Part shown: in pieces, positions 1 to 9,513 of the stretch
Layout: each line of letters opens with the position of its first letter
How positions within the stretch are numbered: position 1 is the stretch's first letter
Assembly (NCBI RefSeq): GCF_006345805.1
Contig: NW_021826418.1
Span: 1-12,832 of the forward strand
DNA length: 12,832 nucleotides
Source of the DNA: Octopus sinensis
Taxonomy: Eukaryota
Reading direction: 5' to 3'
Made by a program: the position numbers and the translations under genes
The notes under the pieces: model-generated
Seen by the model: only the letters and a program-made list of their open reading frames with translations
Database searches by the model: none
Told to the model about the DNA's origin: nothing

Positions 1-14
1 TAATAATAATAATA

Positions 15-96
<82 letters not shown>

Positions 97-114
97 GTAA
101 TAATAATAATAATA
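1..114. repeat. (TAA)n microsatellite
   Basis: Near-perfect TAA repeats from the window start up to the SINE 5' end. Confidence 0.98.
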
Positions 115-490
115 GGCGTAGGAGTGGCTGTGTGGTAAGTAGCTTGGTTACCAACCACATGGTTCCGGATTCAGTCCCACAGAGTGGCACCTTAGGCAAG
201 TGTTTTCTATAGCCTTTGCCCGACCAAAGCATTGTTAGTGGATTTGGTAGACGGAAACTGAAAGAAGCCCGTTGTATATATATACATGTATGTGTATATG
301 TTTGTGTGCCTGTGTTTGTCCCCCAACATCGCTTGACAACCGATGCTGGTGTGTATACGTCCCCGTAACGTAGCAGTTCGGCAAAAGAAACCGATAGAAT
401 GGGGTCGATTTGCTCGACTAAAGGCGGTGCTCCAGCACGGCCACAGTGAAATGACTGAAACAAGTAAAAGAGTGAAAAGAATAAAGAGAG
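115..490 (+). mobile_element. tRNA-derived SINE, family A (octopus-type, CORE-like centre), near full length
   Basis: tRNA-like head with A box (TGGCTGTGTGG) and degenerate B box (GGATTCAGTCCC), CORE-like CACCTTAGGCAAGTG, internal (TA)n and an AAAGAGT-type tail. A reverse-complement copy lies at 1264-1639 and a 3' fragment at 12142-12335. Confidence 0.9.
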
Positions 491-537
491 TAATAATAAT
501 AATAATAACAATAATAATAATAATAATAATAATAATG

Positions 538-581
<44 letters not shown>

Positions 582-599
582 GATGAGATGATAATAATG

Positions 600-643
<44 letters not shown>

Positions 644-865
644 TATATAATTATGATGATGATGATATAATATAATAATATAATAATAATATAATAAAAA
701 AATAATAATAATAATAATAATAGTAATAATAATAAAATTAATAATAATAATTATAATAATAATAATTTATAATGATGATGATGATAATAATAATAATAAT
801 AATAATAATAATATAATAATAATAATAATGATAATAATAATATGATATAATTAAATGATGATATG

Positions 866-897
<32 letters not shown>

Positions 898-915
898 ATA
901 ATAATAATAATAACA
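491..915. repeat. Imperfect (TAA)n/(TGA)n microsatellite
   Basis: Long, interrupted TAA array; source of the poly-I/poly-Y ORFs. Confidence 0.97.
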
Positions 916-1260
916 ACAACAACAGCAACAAAATAGTAATAGTATCGACAACAACAGTAAGAAGAACAAGCGTTTTCTAGTGTAACCACTTCAACACAAG
1001 CAGGAGCAAATGATAATTGCGTGCCACTACCAACCACTGAAATACCATAAGCAACAACAACAACAACGACGACTGCAATACCAACAATAGCAACAACAAC
1101 AGCTGCAGTTCCTAAAACAGATGTAGTAGCAACAACAAATAGAACTGCAACAATATGACCATCAGCAACCTACAGCCACGATACCAACAAAAAATGCGGA
1201 TCCAACAACCGTCGGTGTACCCAGTTACAACTGCAACTGGGGTACTGCTATCGTCGCCAC
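916..1260. repeat. Decayed (CAA)n-derived low-complexity region
   Basis: Scattered CAACAACAA/GCAACAAC motifs with a strong A+C strand bias. Confidence 0.6.
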
Positions 1261-1263
1261 CAC

Positions 1264-1639
1264 TCTCTCTTTACTCTTTACTCTTTACTCTCTTACTTGT
1301 TTCAGTCATTTGACTGCGGCCATGCTGGAGCACCGCCTTTTAGTCGAGCAACTCGACCCTGGGACTTATTCTTTTGTAAGCCCAGTACTTATTCTATCGG
1401 TCTCGTTTGTCGAATCGGTTGTCAAGCAATACTAGGGGGACAAACATATTCACACACATACATATATATATATATACGACGGGCTTCTTTCAGTTTCCGT
1501 CTACCAAATCCACTCACAAGGCTTTGGTCGGCCCGAGGCTATAGTAGAAGACACTTGCCCAAGATGCCACGCAGTGAGACTGAACCCGGATCCATGTGGC
1601 TGGTAAGCAAGCTACTTACCACACAGCCACTCCTGCGCC
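1264..1639 (-). mobile_element. tRNA-derived SINE, family A, near full length
   Basis: Reverse complement of 115-490. On the minus strand the head reads GGCGCAGGAGTGGCTGTGTGGTAAGTAGCTTGC with B box GGGTTCAGTCTC; the tail reads (CTCTTTA)n on the plus strand. Confidence 0.92.
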
Positions 1640-1670
1640 ACCACCAACAATAACAACAACGATAACAGCA

Positions 1671-1899
1671 ACATAAGGCCAGCAATTTGGGGTGAGTATG
1701 TGTGTGTGGAGGGACAAGGGGTAAGCCGATTACATCGTCCTCTAGTGGATCTAGTGGCACTTATTTTATCGATCCCCCGATAGGATGAAATGCAAAACGG
1801 ATCTCGGCGGAATTCGAACTCAGAGACCTAAAGACGCACGAAATGTTCGCTCAGCACTTTTGCCCGGCGTGCTAACGATTCTGCCAGTTCACTGTCTTA
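1671..1899 (-). mobile_element. tRNA-derived SINE, family B (Nin/Deu-domain-like), diverged
   Basis: Aligns by eye to 3626-3828 and 11204-11419: GGCAGAATCGTTAGCACGCCGGGC head, GAGTTCGAATTCC B box, TTTCATCCT...GATCGATAAAATAAGTGCCA central domain. Confidence 0.85.
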
Positions 1900-1930
1900 A
1901 TCATCATCATCATCATCGTCATCATCATCG

Positions 1931-1967
<37 letters not shown>

Positions 1968-2037
1968 TATCACCACCACCACCACCACCACCACCATCAT
2001 CATCATCAATCATCATCACCACCATCGTCAGCATCAC

Positions 2038-2072
<35 letters not shown>

Positions 2073-2079
2073 AGAACAC

Positions 2080-2120
<41 letters not shown>

Positions 2121-2142
2121 CCATCATCATCAACACCATCAC

Positions 2143-2175
<33 letters not shown>
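1900..2175. repeat. (CAT)n/(CAC)n compound microsatellite
   Basis: Direct reading; source of the poly-H, poly-S, poly-D and poly-M ORFs. Confidence 0.98.
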
Positions 2176-2399
2176 TGACAGTTGCAATAAGCTCAGCTCT
2201 TGTAATTATTCTCACACGTTCCACTTTGGGCCACGACAAAGAAACAATGCTGTTAGTGTACAGTTTATATATTACAACTGACATGGATTGTATCAGTTCC
2301 CACCTGAGTCAACAATATCTTTACAACTACCCATAACACAAAGAAAAAAATAATAATAATAAATAAACAGAAAACAAAACACATGCTCACTTGTTCCGC

Positions 2400-2492
2400 T
2401 TCTTTACTTCCTGAGTTCAAATCCCGCTGAAGCCAACTCTGCCTTCTATCCTAGCGGGTCCGATGAAATAAAATAGCAGCCCAGAGCAGTGA
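2400..2492 (+). mobile_element. SINE family B internal fragment
   Basis: CTGAGTTCAAATCCCGCTGAAG...GCCTTCTATCCT...GGGTCCGATGAAATAAAAT matches the B-box and central part of 11204-11419. Confidence 0.65.
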
Positions 2493-2530
2493 ACTGGTTT
2501 CATTGTTATAATATTGGGCAAAATGATGTA

Positions 2531-2671
2531 TTAGGTTGTCCCAAAAGTTCGTAAACACTTGCGAAAATTGAATTTTTACTCGCCAAGTACTAACAAAAAC
2601 AACAAAAATTATTCCTCGAAATAAAGACCATTATTTTCCAAGACTTTCTACGAACTTTTGGGACAACCTTA
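2531..2671. mobile_element. Tc1/mariner-type MITE, 141 bp
   Basis: 23-bp terminal inverted repeats TTAGGTTGTCCCAAAAGTTCGTA (2531-2553) and 2649-2671, 22/23 matching. Flanked by TA at 2529-2530 and 2672-2673. The TIR start resembles Hsmar1/MADE1 (TTAGGTTGGTGCAAAAGT). Confidence 0.9.
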
Positions 2672-2974
2672 TATTTGTGTCTGTCCCGGATCTTTGCATT
2701 TTCAGATTGTACAGAAACAGCAAATAGCACAAGACGTTTTGTCCGATGCTCTACTGATTCTGGCAATCTTATTATCCTCCTATTGTTAAATTTTCAATTA
2801 TCGTCATTTATAAGAATCTCGTAAAATCTTCACTAAACCTCGTTGAAGTTGAAACAAACTGCTTTAGATTCTTTTACCGTATTTTGTGTTGTGTTATCTG
2901 TCTGACCTCTTAAATGACGAAAGAAATATTTTCAAAAGGAGAATGAAACTTATTCAAAAACAAGGAGTTCTTAC

Positions 2975-3029
2975 CTTGACATGTGAAAACCCGATCTCGT
3001 TGCCGTAGTTGTATTCCAGGACAAAGAGC
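2975..3029 (-). CDS. Candidate 55-nt internal exon, unknown gene
   Basis: On the minus strand, acceptor TTTTCCAG| and strong donor AAG|GTAAGA bracket unique sequence. All three frames are open; the frame LFVLEYNYGNEIGFSHVK has mostly G/C-ending codons in an AT-rich context. Protein not recognised. Confidence 0.4.
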
Positions 3030-3139
3030 CTGGAAAACTGCACAGTTGCAGTTTTAAACTATCCCCAAATACCCAAGAACGTATATTCTGTACCTTGAAG
3101 AATCTCTAGATTACCATCTTGGAAATGTTATTCTTCCCA

Positions 3140-3623
3140 CTCAGCCCTTTATGTTAGAAGCATTTTCATCTCCAAGCGAGTAGAAACCCTCACGACACTC
3201 CAAAACACCAGCCCCAAATTTTCTTCATAGGGATTCTTGTATAGTGATTCTAGAGCACACACATTCAGTTCCTAATGTTAGAAGCATGATCATCCCCAAA
3301 CAAGCAGAAACATTCCCTACACTTACCCCTCAAAAAACTAGCCCCAAGCACAACTACTTTCAAACTACTTTAAGCTTATTGCTTCTCATATTCAGTTCCC
3401 GGATCAAAATGCATATTCACTCGTAAGCATAACCATCTCCAAATAATAAGAAACATCCATAACACCCCAGAATGCAACCCTCAAACTATCCTAAGCATAC
3501 TTTCCTGTCACAACGTGCACTCTCAGTCCATAATCTTAAGAAAAGAAGACGGAAGTTCATCTCATAATAAGCAGGAATATTTACGACACCCTTGAACACT
3601 ACAGCAAAACTACCCAAAATATT
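3140..3623. repeat. Highly degenerate tandem repeat, ~124-143 bp period, at least 4 units
   Basis: A block of the form (ATGTTAG)AAGCAT..CATCTCCAAA.AAGCAGAAAC..ACAC recurs with its CAT anchor at 3167, 3291, 3434 and 3558. Confidence 0.7.
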
Positions 3624-3625
3624 AC

Positions 3626-3828
3626 GTTCAAATTTTGATACACGATCAGCAATTTCAGGTTGAGTCGATTACATCGACCTCAGTGCTTGACTGGTACTTT
3701 ATTTATCGACCCCGAAAGAATGAAAGGTAAAGTCGACCTCGGCGGAATTTGAACTCAGAACATAAAGACGGACGAAATGCCGCTAAGCATTTAACCCGGC
3801 GTGTTAACGGTTCTGCCAGCTCACCGCA
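3626..3828 (-). mobile_element. tRNA-derived SINE, family B (Nin/Deu-domain-like), full length
   Basis: Minus strand reads GCGGTGAGCTGGCAGAACCGTTAAC...GAGTTCAAATTCCGCCGAGGTCGACTTTACCTTTCATTCTTTCGGGGTCGATAAATAAAGTACCAG. Degenerate flanking direct repeat at 3605-3623 and 3832-3851. Confidence 0.9.
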
Positions 3829-4142
3829 TTACAAGACTACCTCAAAATATTGTTGCTCACATGTAGTTCTTGCTACAATATGCACAATTATAGGCTGACA
3901 GCAACACCCGCAATACTCCAGAACATTCTAAAAACAACAAAACTAATGATGTCACAGTAGTTCAATTAGCCCCAAATACAATATTGAGACGTCACGCTCC
4001 AGCTTTACTTTGTCCTCATCCACTGTGACCACCCCCTCAGAATTTAAGTGTGTACATAAATACATAAATAAACAAGGCATATAAATAACAGTTTCTGACT
4101 TAGGTACAAGGTCAGGTGAAAAGCCATGACGGTGTCCTTTAC

Positions 4143-4273
4143 CTGGTTGCAAAGATCAGCTAAAATTGTTAGGAAATGAGGCAAAAACTTCGGCAAATGA
4201 AACATAGAACCTCTCCAACTTGTATCATTCCAACACTGTTGCCATTGATATTCTTTCAAGAAACACGTAAACA
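4143..4273 (-). other. Candidate 131-nt exon (or 17-nt micro-exon 4143-4159)
   Basis: Minus-strand polypyrimidine acceptor TTTCTTGTTTTGCATTTTGCAG| and donor CAG|GTAAAG. One open frame (FTCFLKEYQWQQCWND...LADLCNQ). An inner acceptor ATTTTAG| also exists. Confidence 0.3.
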
Positions 4274-4370
4274 CTGCAAAATGCAAAACAAGAAACACGG
4301 AATATGACATCTTTGTTTTCGCCTGTTCTACGCGAGGATTGGCCTTCTTAGTCATAAACATCATCAACAT

Positions 4371-5040
4371 GGAGGAACTAGGAATGTTATTTTTGTCCTG
4401 AGAATAATAGCGGGGCGGGCGGTGGAGATGCAAAACGATGTCCTCATGTGTTTCATAGATTGCACAAAGGCCTTCGACAAAGTATGATATAAAATGTTAT
4501 TTGAAGAATTTAGTAAACTTGATCCTCTTGGGGAAGACCCCCGAATCTTGCAGAGCCTGTATTGGAACTAATCAGCATGCATAAGGGTGGATGGAGAATG
4601 CAGTGAATGCACTAGCATCAGGAGAGGGGTCAGGCAAGAATGTGTTATGTCATCAGATGTCTTCAATTACTATACCGAATCGATCACAAGAGAACTGGAA
4701 AGGGGGAAAAAAGGTCTAAGAGTAGGAGGCAGAAATATCACAAACATAAGATATGCAGATAACGCTCTCTTACTTGCAGAATCGAAAAGGGGACGTCAGA
4801 AAGCTCTGGATGTAGTGATCAGAGAAAGTGAGAGGAAGGGTCTGTTCATAAATTGCCAGAAGACAGAGTGTATAGTGGTGACAAAGAAGAGAAGTCCAAA
4901 ATGCATGCTGAAAGAGAACAATCAAATCATTAAGCAGCTAGCATCCTCCGACCACTTTGGAACTTTGATCACAGAAGACACAAAATGTGTGAAGAACATG
5001 GAAAGACGAATAGCGTTGGAAACATCTGCTTTCTCAAAAT
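4371..5040 (+). pseudogene. RTE-clade non-LTR retrotransposon reverse transcriptase fragment
   Basis: A single frame reads GTRNVIFVLRII...MCFIDCTKAFDKV...LQSLYWN...IRRGVRQECVMS...FNYY...ITNIRYADN...GLFINCQKT...FGTLITED...RRIALETSAFSK, i.e. RTE/BovB-like RT motifs. In-frame stops at 4485 and 4569; catalytic YADD changed to YADN. Confidence 0.93.
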
Positions 5041-5072
5041 ATGGCTACATAGCCGTTGGTTTTCTGTATATC

Positions 5073-5136
5073 GGTGGAAGGGAAATTTTCTGATGAGGCG
5101 CAGAACGCTGAAATCCCGTGATACAACAGTTCCGCT
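5073..5136 (+). ncRNA. Candidate type I hammerhead ribozyme
   Basis: CUGAUGA 5090-5096; stem II GGCG/CGCU with CAGAA loop; GAAA 5110-5113; stem III AUC/GAU with CCGU loop; AUA triplet ending at 5123. Stem I is imperfect: proximal U.C mismatch, UU/AA, then GGAA/UUCC or GGUGGAA/UUCCGCU. Confidence 0.6.
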
Positions 5137-5192
5137 CCTGGTGCTGGACATTTCTCGCCTGATATCGATGGCATTGTACTTTTATGCACTGG

Positions 5193-5225
5193 ATGCGTAT
5201 ACGAGAGACTTTCTCGTATATGCAT
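5193..5225 (+). other. 14-bp stem-loop
   Basis: ATGCGTATACGAGA-GACTT-TCTCGTATATGCAT; fully paired as plus-strand RNA with one G.U. Confidence 0.75.
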
Positions 5226-5758
5226 GTCTCGTGTTGCTTTATTACGGCGCTCCTATAACACAGCCACGTTAATTAGGCTACAAAGGTTGTCATTCGGTAT
5301 TAATGCTACCATTGTCGTTAATATCTAATATCTATCTATCGGAAGAGATCGAATTCTTCTTTCCTAACCTAATCGCCACCTCTAAAAAATTCAAGCGAAA
5401 AACCTAAGACCCTATACACCTAGCAAAGGCTCGATCTACCACGCAAGATCTTCGGTTGTAAAGCACACAGCAACATCGTCTTCTAGTGCCAACCACATCG
5501 CACGTAATACTGTAGTTTCTATGCTTAACGAATCTTCCTTGCCATCCCCTCCCTGCCACCTGGTTCGAAATGCGAACCGCGAGCTACCACGCCCAACCGC
5601 ACTACTGTCGACATCATTCCGCACTCCAACGTCTCCTCTCCAACATGTTATGATTACTTGACACACTTAGCTAACGGCTAAGGAACTGCCCTCTGAACGG
5701 GAATTGTGTAAAGAAAAATGTCGTTCACAAGTGCAATGTCGAGACGCATAACACCCTG

Positions 5759-5794
5759 ATATATATTTAATATATATATATATATATATATATC

Positions 5795-5830
<36 letters not shown>

Positions 5831-5981
5831 ATTTAATTAATAGTAAAAGTATATACATACAGGCGTTCATATATATGTGTATATATGTTTATGTATATCT
5901 GTCAATCTATATATCTATCTATCTATATATACATATATACGTACATATTTGTGTGTGTATCAATATACATGTATGTATATA
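5759..5981. repeat. (TA)n / TA-TG-rich microsatellite
   Basis: Direct reading. Confidence 0.95.
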
Positions 5982-6080
5982 TGATAAAGATGATAAAGGT
6001 GATAATCACTTTGATAAGATGAAAGTGGTGGTAGATGTGGTGGTGTTGGGGTAGTGATGGTGTGATGAGAAAGACGACGA

Positions 6081-6086
6081 AGATGG

Positions 6087-6123
<37 letters not shown>

Positions 6124-6157
6124 AATGATGATGATGATGATCATCATCATCATCATT
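6081..6157. repeat. (GAT)n joined to its reverse complement (CAT)n
   Basis: GAT repeats switch to CAT repeats at 6140/6141, forming a short palindrome. Confidence 0.9.
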
Positions 6158-6259
6158 ATCGGCTGGTTAATCATCGTGGCGGTGGTGGCGACGAAGATGA
6201 AATATATAAAATAATAATAATTACACTAAGAACAAACGAATTCCTCTAAAGTTGTGTGC

Positions 6260-6505
6260 TGACAGGAAGTGAAATAAACCCGAGTAAACCGAAATGTTGC
6301 GCTGGTGGCGCCACATAAACGGGTGGGTAGGTAGGTAGGTGGGTGGTTGGGTGAGGGTCAGGAGAACTACCCCTTCCACCATGCCCCCCCCATCCCTGCC
6401 GCCGTGTAACACCCTCCTCCTCTCCCCGCCCCCTCCGTTTTCTTCCTTGCTGGAAATGGCGAGTGTAAGTCACCGGCGCCAACACGTGTAATTGTTGACG
6501 CCGGT
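6260..6505 (+). promoter_or_regulatory. GC/CpG-rich promoter- or enhancer-like island with possible first exon
   Basis: ETS-type ACAGGAAGTG 6262-6271; partial CTCF-like GCGCTGGTGGCGCC ~6299-6312; GC box CCCCGCCCCC 6424-6433; YY1/start-type AAATGGCG with ATG at 6456; donor GTAAGT 6465-6470; E-box CACGTG 6483-6488. Confidence 0.5.
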
Positions 6506-6539
6506 TTTGTTGTTGTTTTGGGTCAGGATTACGATGACG

Positions 6540-6565
6540 GTGGTAGTAGTGGTGGTGGTGGTGGT

Positions 6566-6596
<31 letters not shown>

Positions 6597-6670
6597 GGAC
6601 GCTGGTGATATTGTAGAAGATGGTAGTGATGATGATGCTGTGCTGATGGCAGTGATGATGGTGGTGGTGA
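6540..6670. repeat. (GGT)n/(GAT)n microsatellite
   Basis: Direct reading; source of the poly-H and poly-P ORFs on the minus strand. Confidence 0.9.
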
Positions 6671-6847
6671 TCAAAGAGGAAAAATAAATAAATAAAAAAG
6701 AAGTTATTTTTGACATTTTTCTGCGAGTACTTTTTGTTTTTTTTTGTTTTGTTTTGTATTTTGTTTTTGTTCCATATTGTACCCGCCCCACAATATATAT
6801 TCTTACATATATACAGGCACGCATACTTGCATACACACTCACATTTC

Positions 6848-6858
6848 ATATATATATG

Positions 6859-6891
<33 letters not shown>

Positions 6892-6950
6892 TTCATATAC
6901 ATATATATATCTATATACATATGTATGTATATAGATATGTATATATACTA

Positions 6951-6981
<31 letters not shown>

Positions 6982-7054
6982 AGTGTGTGTGTACGTATAG
7001 ATGTATAAGTAATAGTATACTATGTATATATATATGCACGTGTATATATGTATG

Positions 7055-7100
<46 letters not shown>

Positions 7101-7200
7101 GCATGTATACATATGTATATATGTGCATGTATTCATGTATGTATATATATATATAGTATATTACTGTTTATGCACATGTATGTTAGCACACACACACACG
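6848..7200. repeat. (TA)n/(TG)n/(CA)n compound microsatellite
   Basis: Direct reading; source of the IY-repeat ORFs. Confidence 0.96.
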
Positions 7201-7654
7201 CACGCCCCCCCCCACACATATGCAAACGCGTGCTCGTAGATTCACGTACCCACATAGCCATAATTAAAGAAGATGTGTTATTATGTAATGTACGATATGG
7301 TAGTAACCACCATACAGATTAATTCAAACCTCGTTAAACTCCGAATACTCAACTGCATTCTGAATAGGGTATAAACAAGAGGAAATTGGATTCAGGCTAT
7401 TACGACGTGGGTGCTGAAATGTACCTAGTTTTAAGGGTTTCGCGAAAAGCCTGCTCGGAGGCCCAAACTTTCGAGTTCTTTTACAAGACTTAGAAAAAAC
7501 CGAAGGACCGTAGCAATAAGTATGTGAATCTGAGAGGGGCATATGCTGGATATAATCATAATTAACAGATCCTCCTGCGTTTTCTTTTATTTAAAGCCAG
7601 GAACATTTCAGGAGACCCTCTTACGAAGAAGAGCCTCGTATAAAGTTGAAGTAA

Positions 7655-7792
7655 GTAGCTCTCCGTCTGTCACAATGGCGAGTATTCCAGATCACCGGAA
7701 CAGCTCACTCGTGAGATTAACATGCAAATGCTGGAGCACTCCACAGACACGCGTAACTTGAAAGTAGTTCTTAGGGAAATTCAGCGTTGACG
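7655..7792 (-). mobile_element. SINE family C 3' fragment
   Basis: AACAGCTCACTCGTGAGATTAACATGCAAATG...TCCACAGACACGCG...TTCTTAGGGAAATTCAGC aligns to 10345-10435. Confidence 0.8.
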
Positions 7793-7914
7793 TCATCCAA
7801 GAAAATAAATCAATTATTATTCGGTTCCTTCCATGATTGTTTCATCGGTCTCATTGAAAATTTTACATATTTTAAAAATTTAATCTTATTATTTTCCTTA
7901 AAAGTTTAAGTTTA

Positions 7915-7937
7915 TCAATCAATCAATCAATCAATCA

Positions 7938-8019
<82 letters not shown>

Positions 8020-8024
8020 TTATC

Positions 8025-8098
<74 letters not shown>

Positions 8099-8119
8099 TT
8101 ATTTATCTATCTATCTATC
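7915..8119. repeat. (TCAA)n followed by (TCTA)n (GATA-type) microsatellite
   Basis: Direct reading; ends exactly at the 5' truncation point of the LINE. Confidence 0.98.
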
Positions 8120-9513
8120 CCTAAAAGGTCGGGTGGAGGTGGTGAACACGTACATCGCGTCCATCATCTACAACAGCCTGACCGTCGTGCCTTGTCCCGA
8201 CCCTACCATCACCAAACTAGAACGCATTCACTTCCTTTTTCTTGTGGAAATGATGCGTTCCGATGGTCAGGCGATCCATTTGCTGTCAACACCCGTTAAA
8301 AGGAGGACTGGGCATGCCGTGGTTGATGATGCGCAGACACGCGCTGAGACTGCGACATTTCCGGCTCTACGTAGACGACGGTGAACAGGTGTGGTTGCAG
8401 TTTGTGAGGCACGCGTTCCCGCAGCTCGTCTCCATGACCGAACTGCAGTCGTGGATCAAAGCGAGGCCGAGGAAGGGCGAATGGCACCGCGACTGTCGCG
8501 TTGCTCTCAAGCAACTATGCCGTCCCGAGTCGACCTTGAGCGACTTCAACACAACCAAAGCATTCTATAGAGGATTAGTGGAGGGGAGGTACGACGACGA
8601 TCTCGGGGCGAATCTGGGCGTCGACGAAGAATACCTGACTCGCCTGTTCAAGGCAGGACCTATGAACAACTTCCAGAGATCCCTGGCCTGGCAGTGCTTT
8701 CGAGAAGCGCTACCCGTTCGGGATAAGCTCTACAGACATGGCTCGAGAAACACGGGGCCAACCTGTCCGAGATGCTGTCAGAACGACGAAACCGCCCTGC
8801 ACGCACTCGTGCAGTGTTCAACCATTTCCGACCTGTGGGCCTAAGTCGAATGACTGCTATCGCGTGTGGGACGAGTTGGTTTATCAGCCGAGTCTATCAT
8901 CGATATTGTCGCGCTTCCTTCTTTGAAACGGGAAGGAAGGAAAAGCCATTTTCATCGAAAGTGGCTATGGCGAAAGAATGTATCTGGTGGACGCGTCTGA
9001 AAGGATTAGAGACAACCACTTTTCTCTCTGGTCAATCTCTCATCAACTTCTTCAAGTATCACTTGAAGAGGAAGGTGAGAGTAGAGAGGGAAGTTTTGTC
9101 TAGTGAATGTTTCAAAAAACGATGGGTGAATGTAGCAAGGATGGCACGTGTGAATGATGGAGCCAGCTTGAGCATAATCCTATGAACCAAAAGAAAAAAA
9201 AGAACGAAAGGAAAAAAGAGAGCCACTTACTGTAATGCGTTTTCTTTTTGCATAACACTATTGCCCAAGGCTCCCGTAGTCTTTCCAGTATGCTTTTTTG
9301 TCCACGGACAAACCTAATCTGTTTTCTCTTTTTACATTGACATTTCTGTGATATACGATCCCTATTGATCGGCCCTACTTTTTTTTTCATGATTTCTTTT
9401 AATCGGAATTCTCCCCATTTTTTCCCGATCCCTTTTGATTGGAATTCCCAAAAAGAAAAGCTCTGCTTTGTATTTTGTGCTTCTGTGTTTAGCCCTGCGT
9501 GGCCAATAAAGAA

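Noticed and set aside
1217-1245. Small inverted repeat GTACCCAGTT...AACTGGGGTAC
   Set aside because: Short and bulged, in low-complexity sequence; could arise by chance.
343-2336. ORFs with poly-I, poly-Y, poly-H, poly-S, poly-D or poly-M tracts
   Set aside because: Translations of TAA and CAT/CAC microsatellites joined to SINE sequence; no domain content.
3140-3623. CRISPR-like repeat-spacer array
   Set aside because: Eukaryotic context, highly degenerate repeats, variable period over 120 bp and no cas genes.
4650-4656. TCATCAG (CUGAUGA on the minus strand) as another hammerhead core
   Set aside because: Lies inside RT coding sequence; I see no stem II plus GAAA arrangement following it.
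4587-5093. 168-aa ORF as a functional reverse transcriptase gene
   Set aside because: It is the stop-free part of a decayed RTE fragment, with upstream in-frame stops and YADN in place of YADD.
5386-5666. Open frames on both strands in the GC-rich segment
   Set aside because: No recognisable protein and no convincing splice sites; frames this long are expected in GC-richer DNA.
6246-7322. ~200-aa ORFs (His/Pro-rich and IY-repeat)
   Set aside because: Length is produced by (GGT)n and (TA)n microsatellites.
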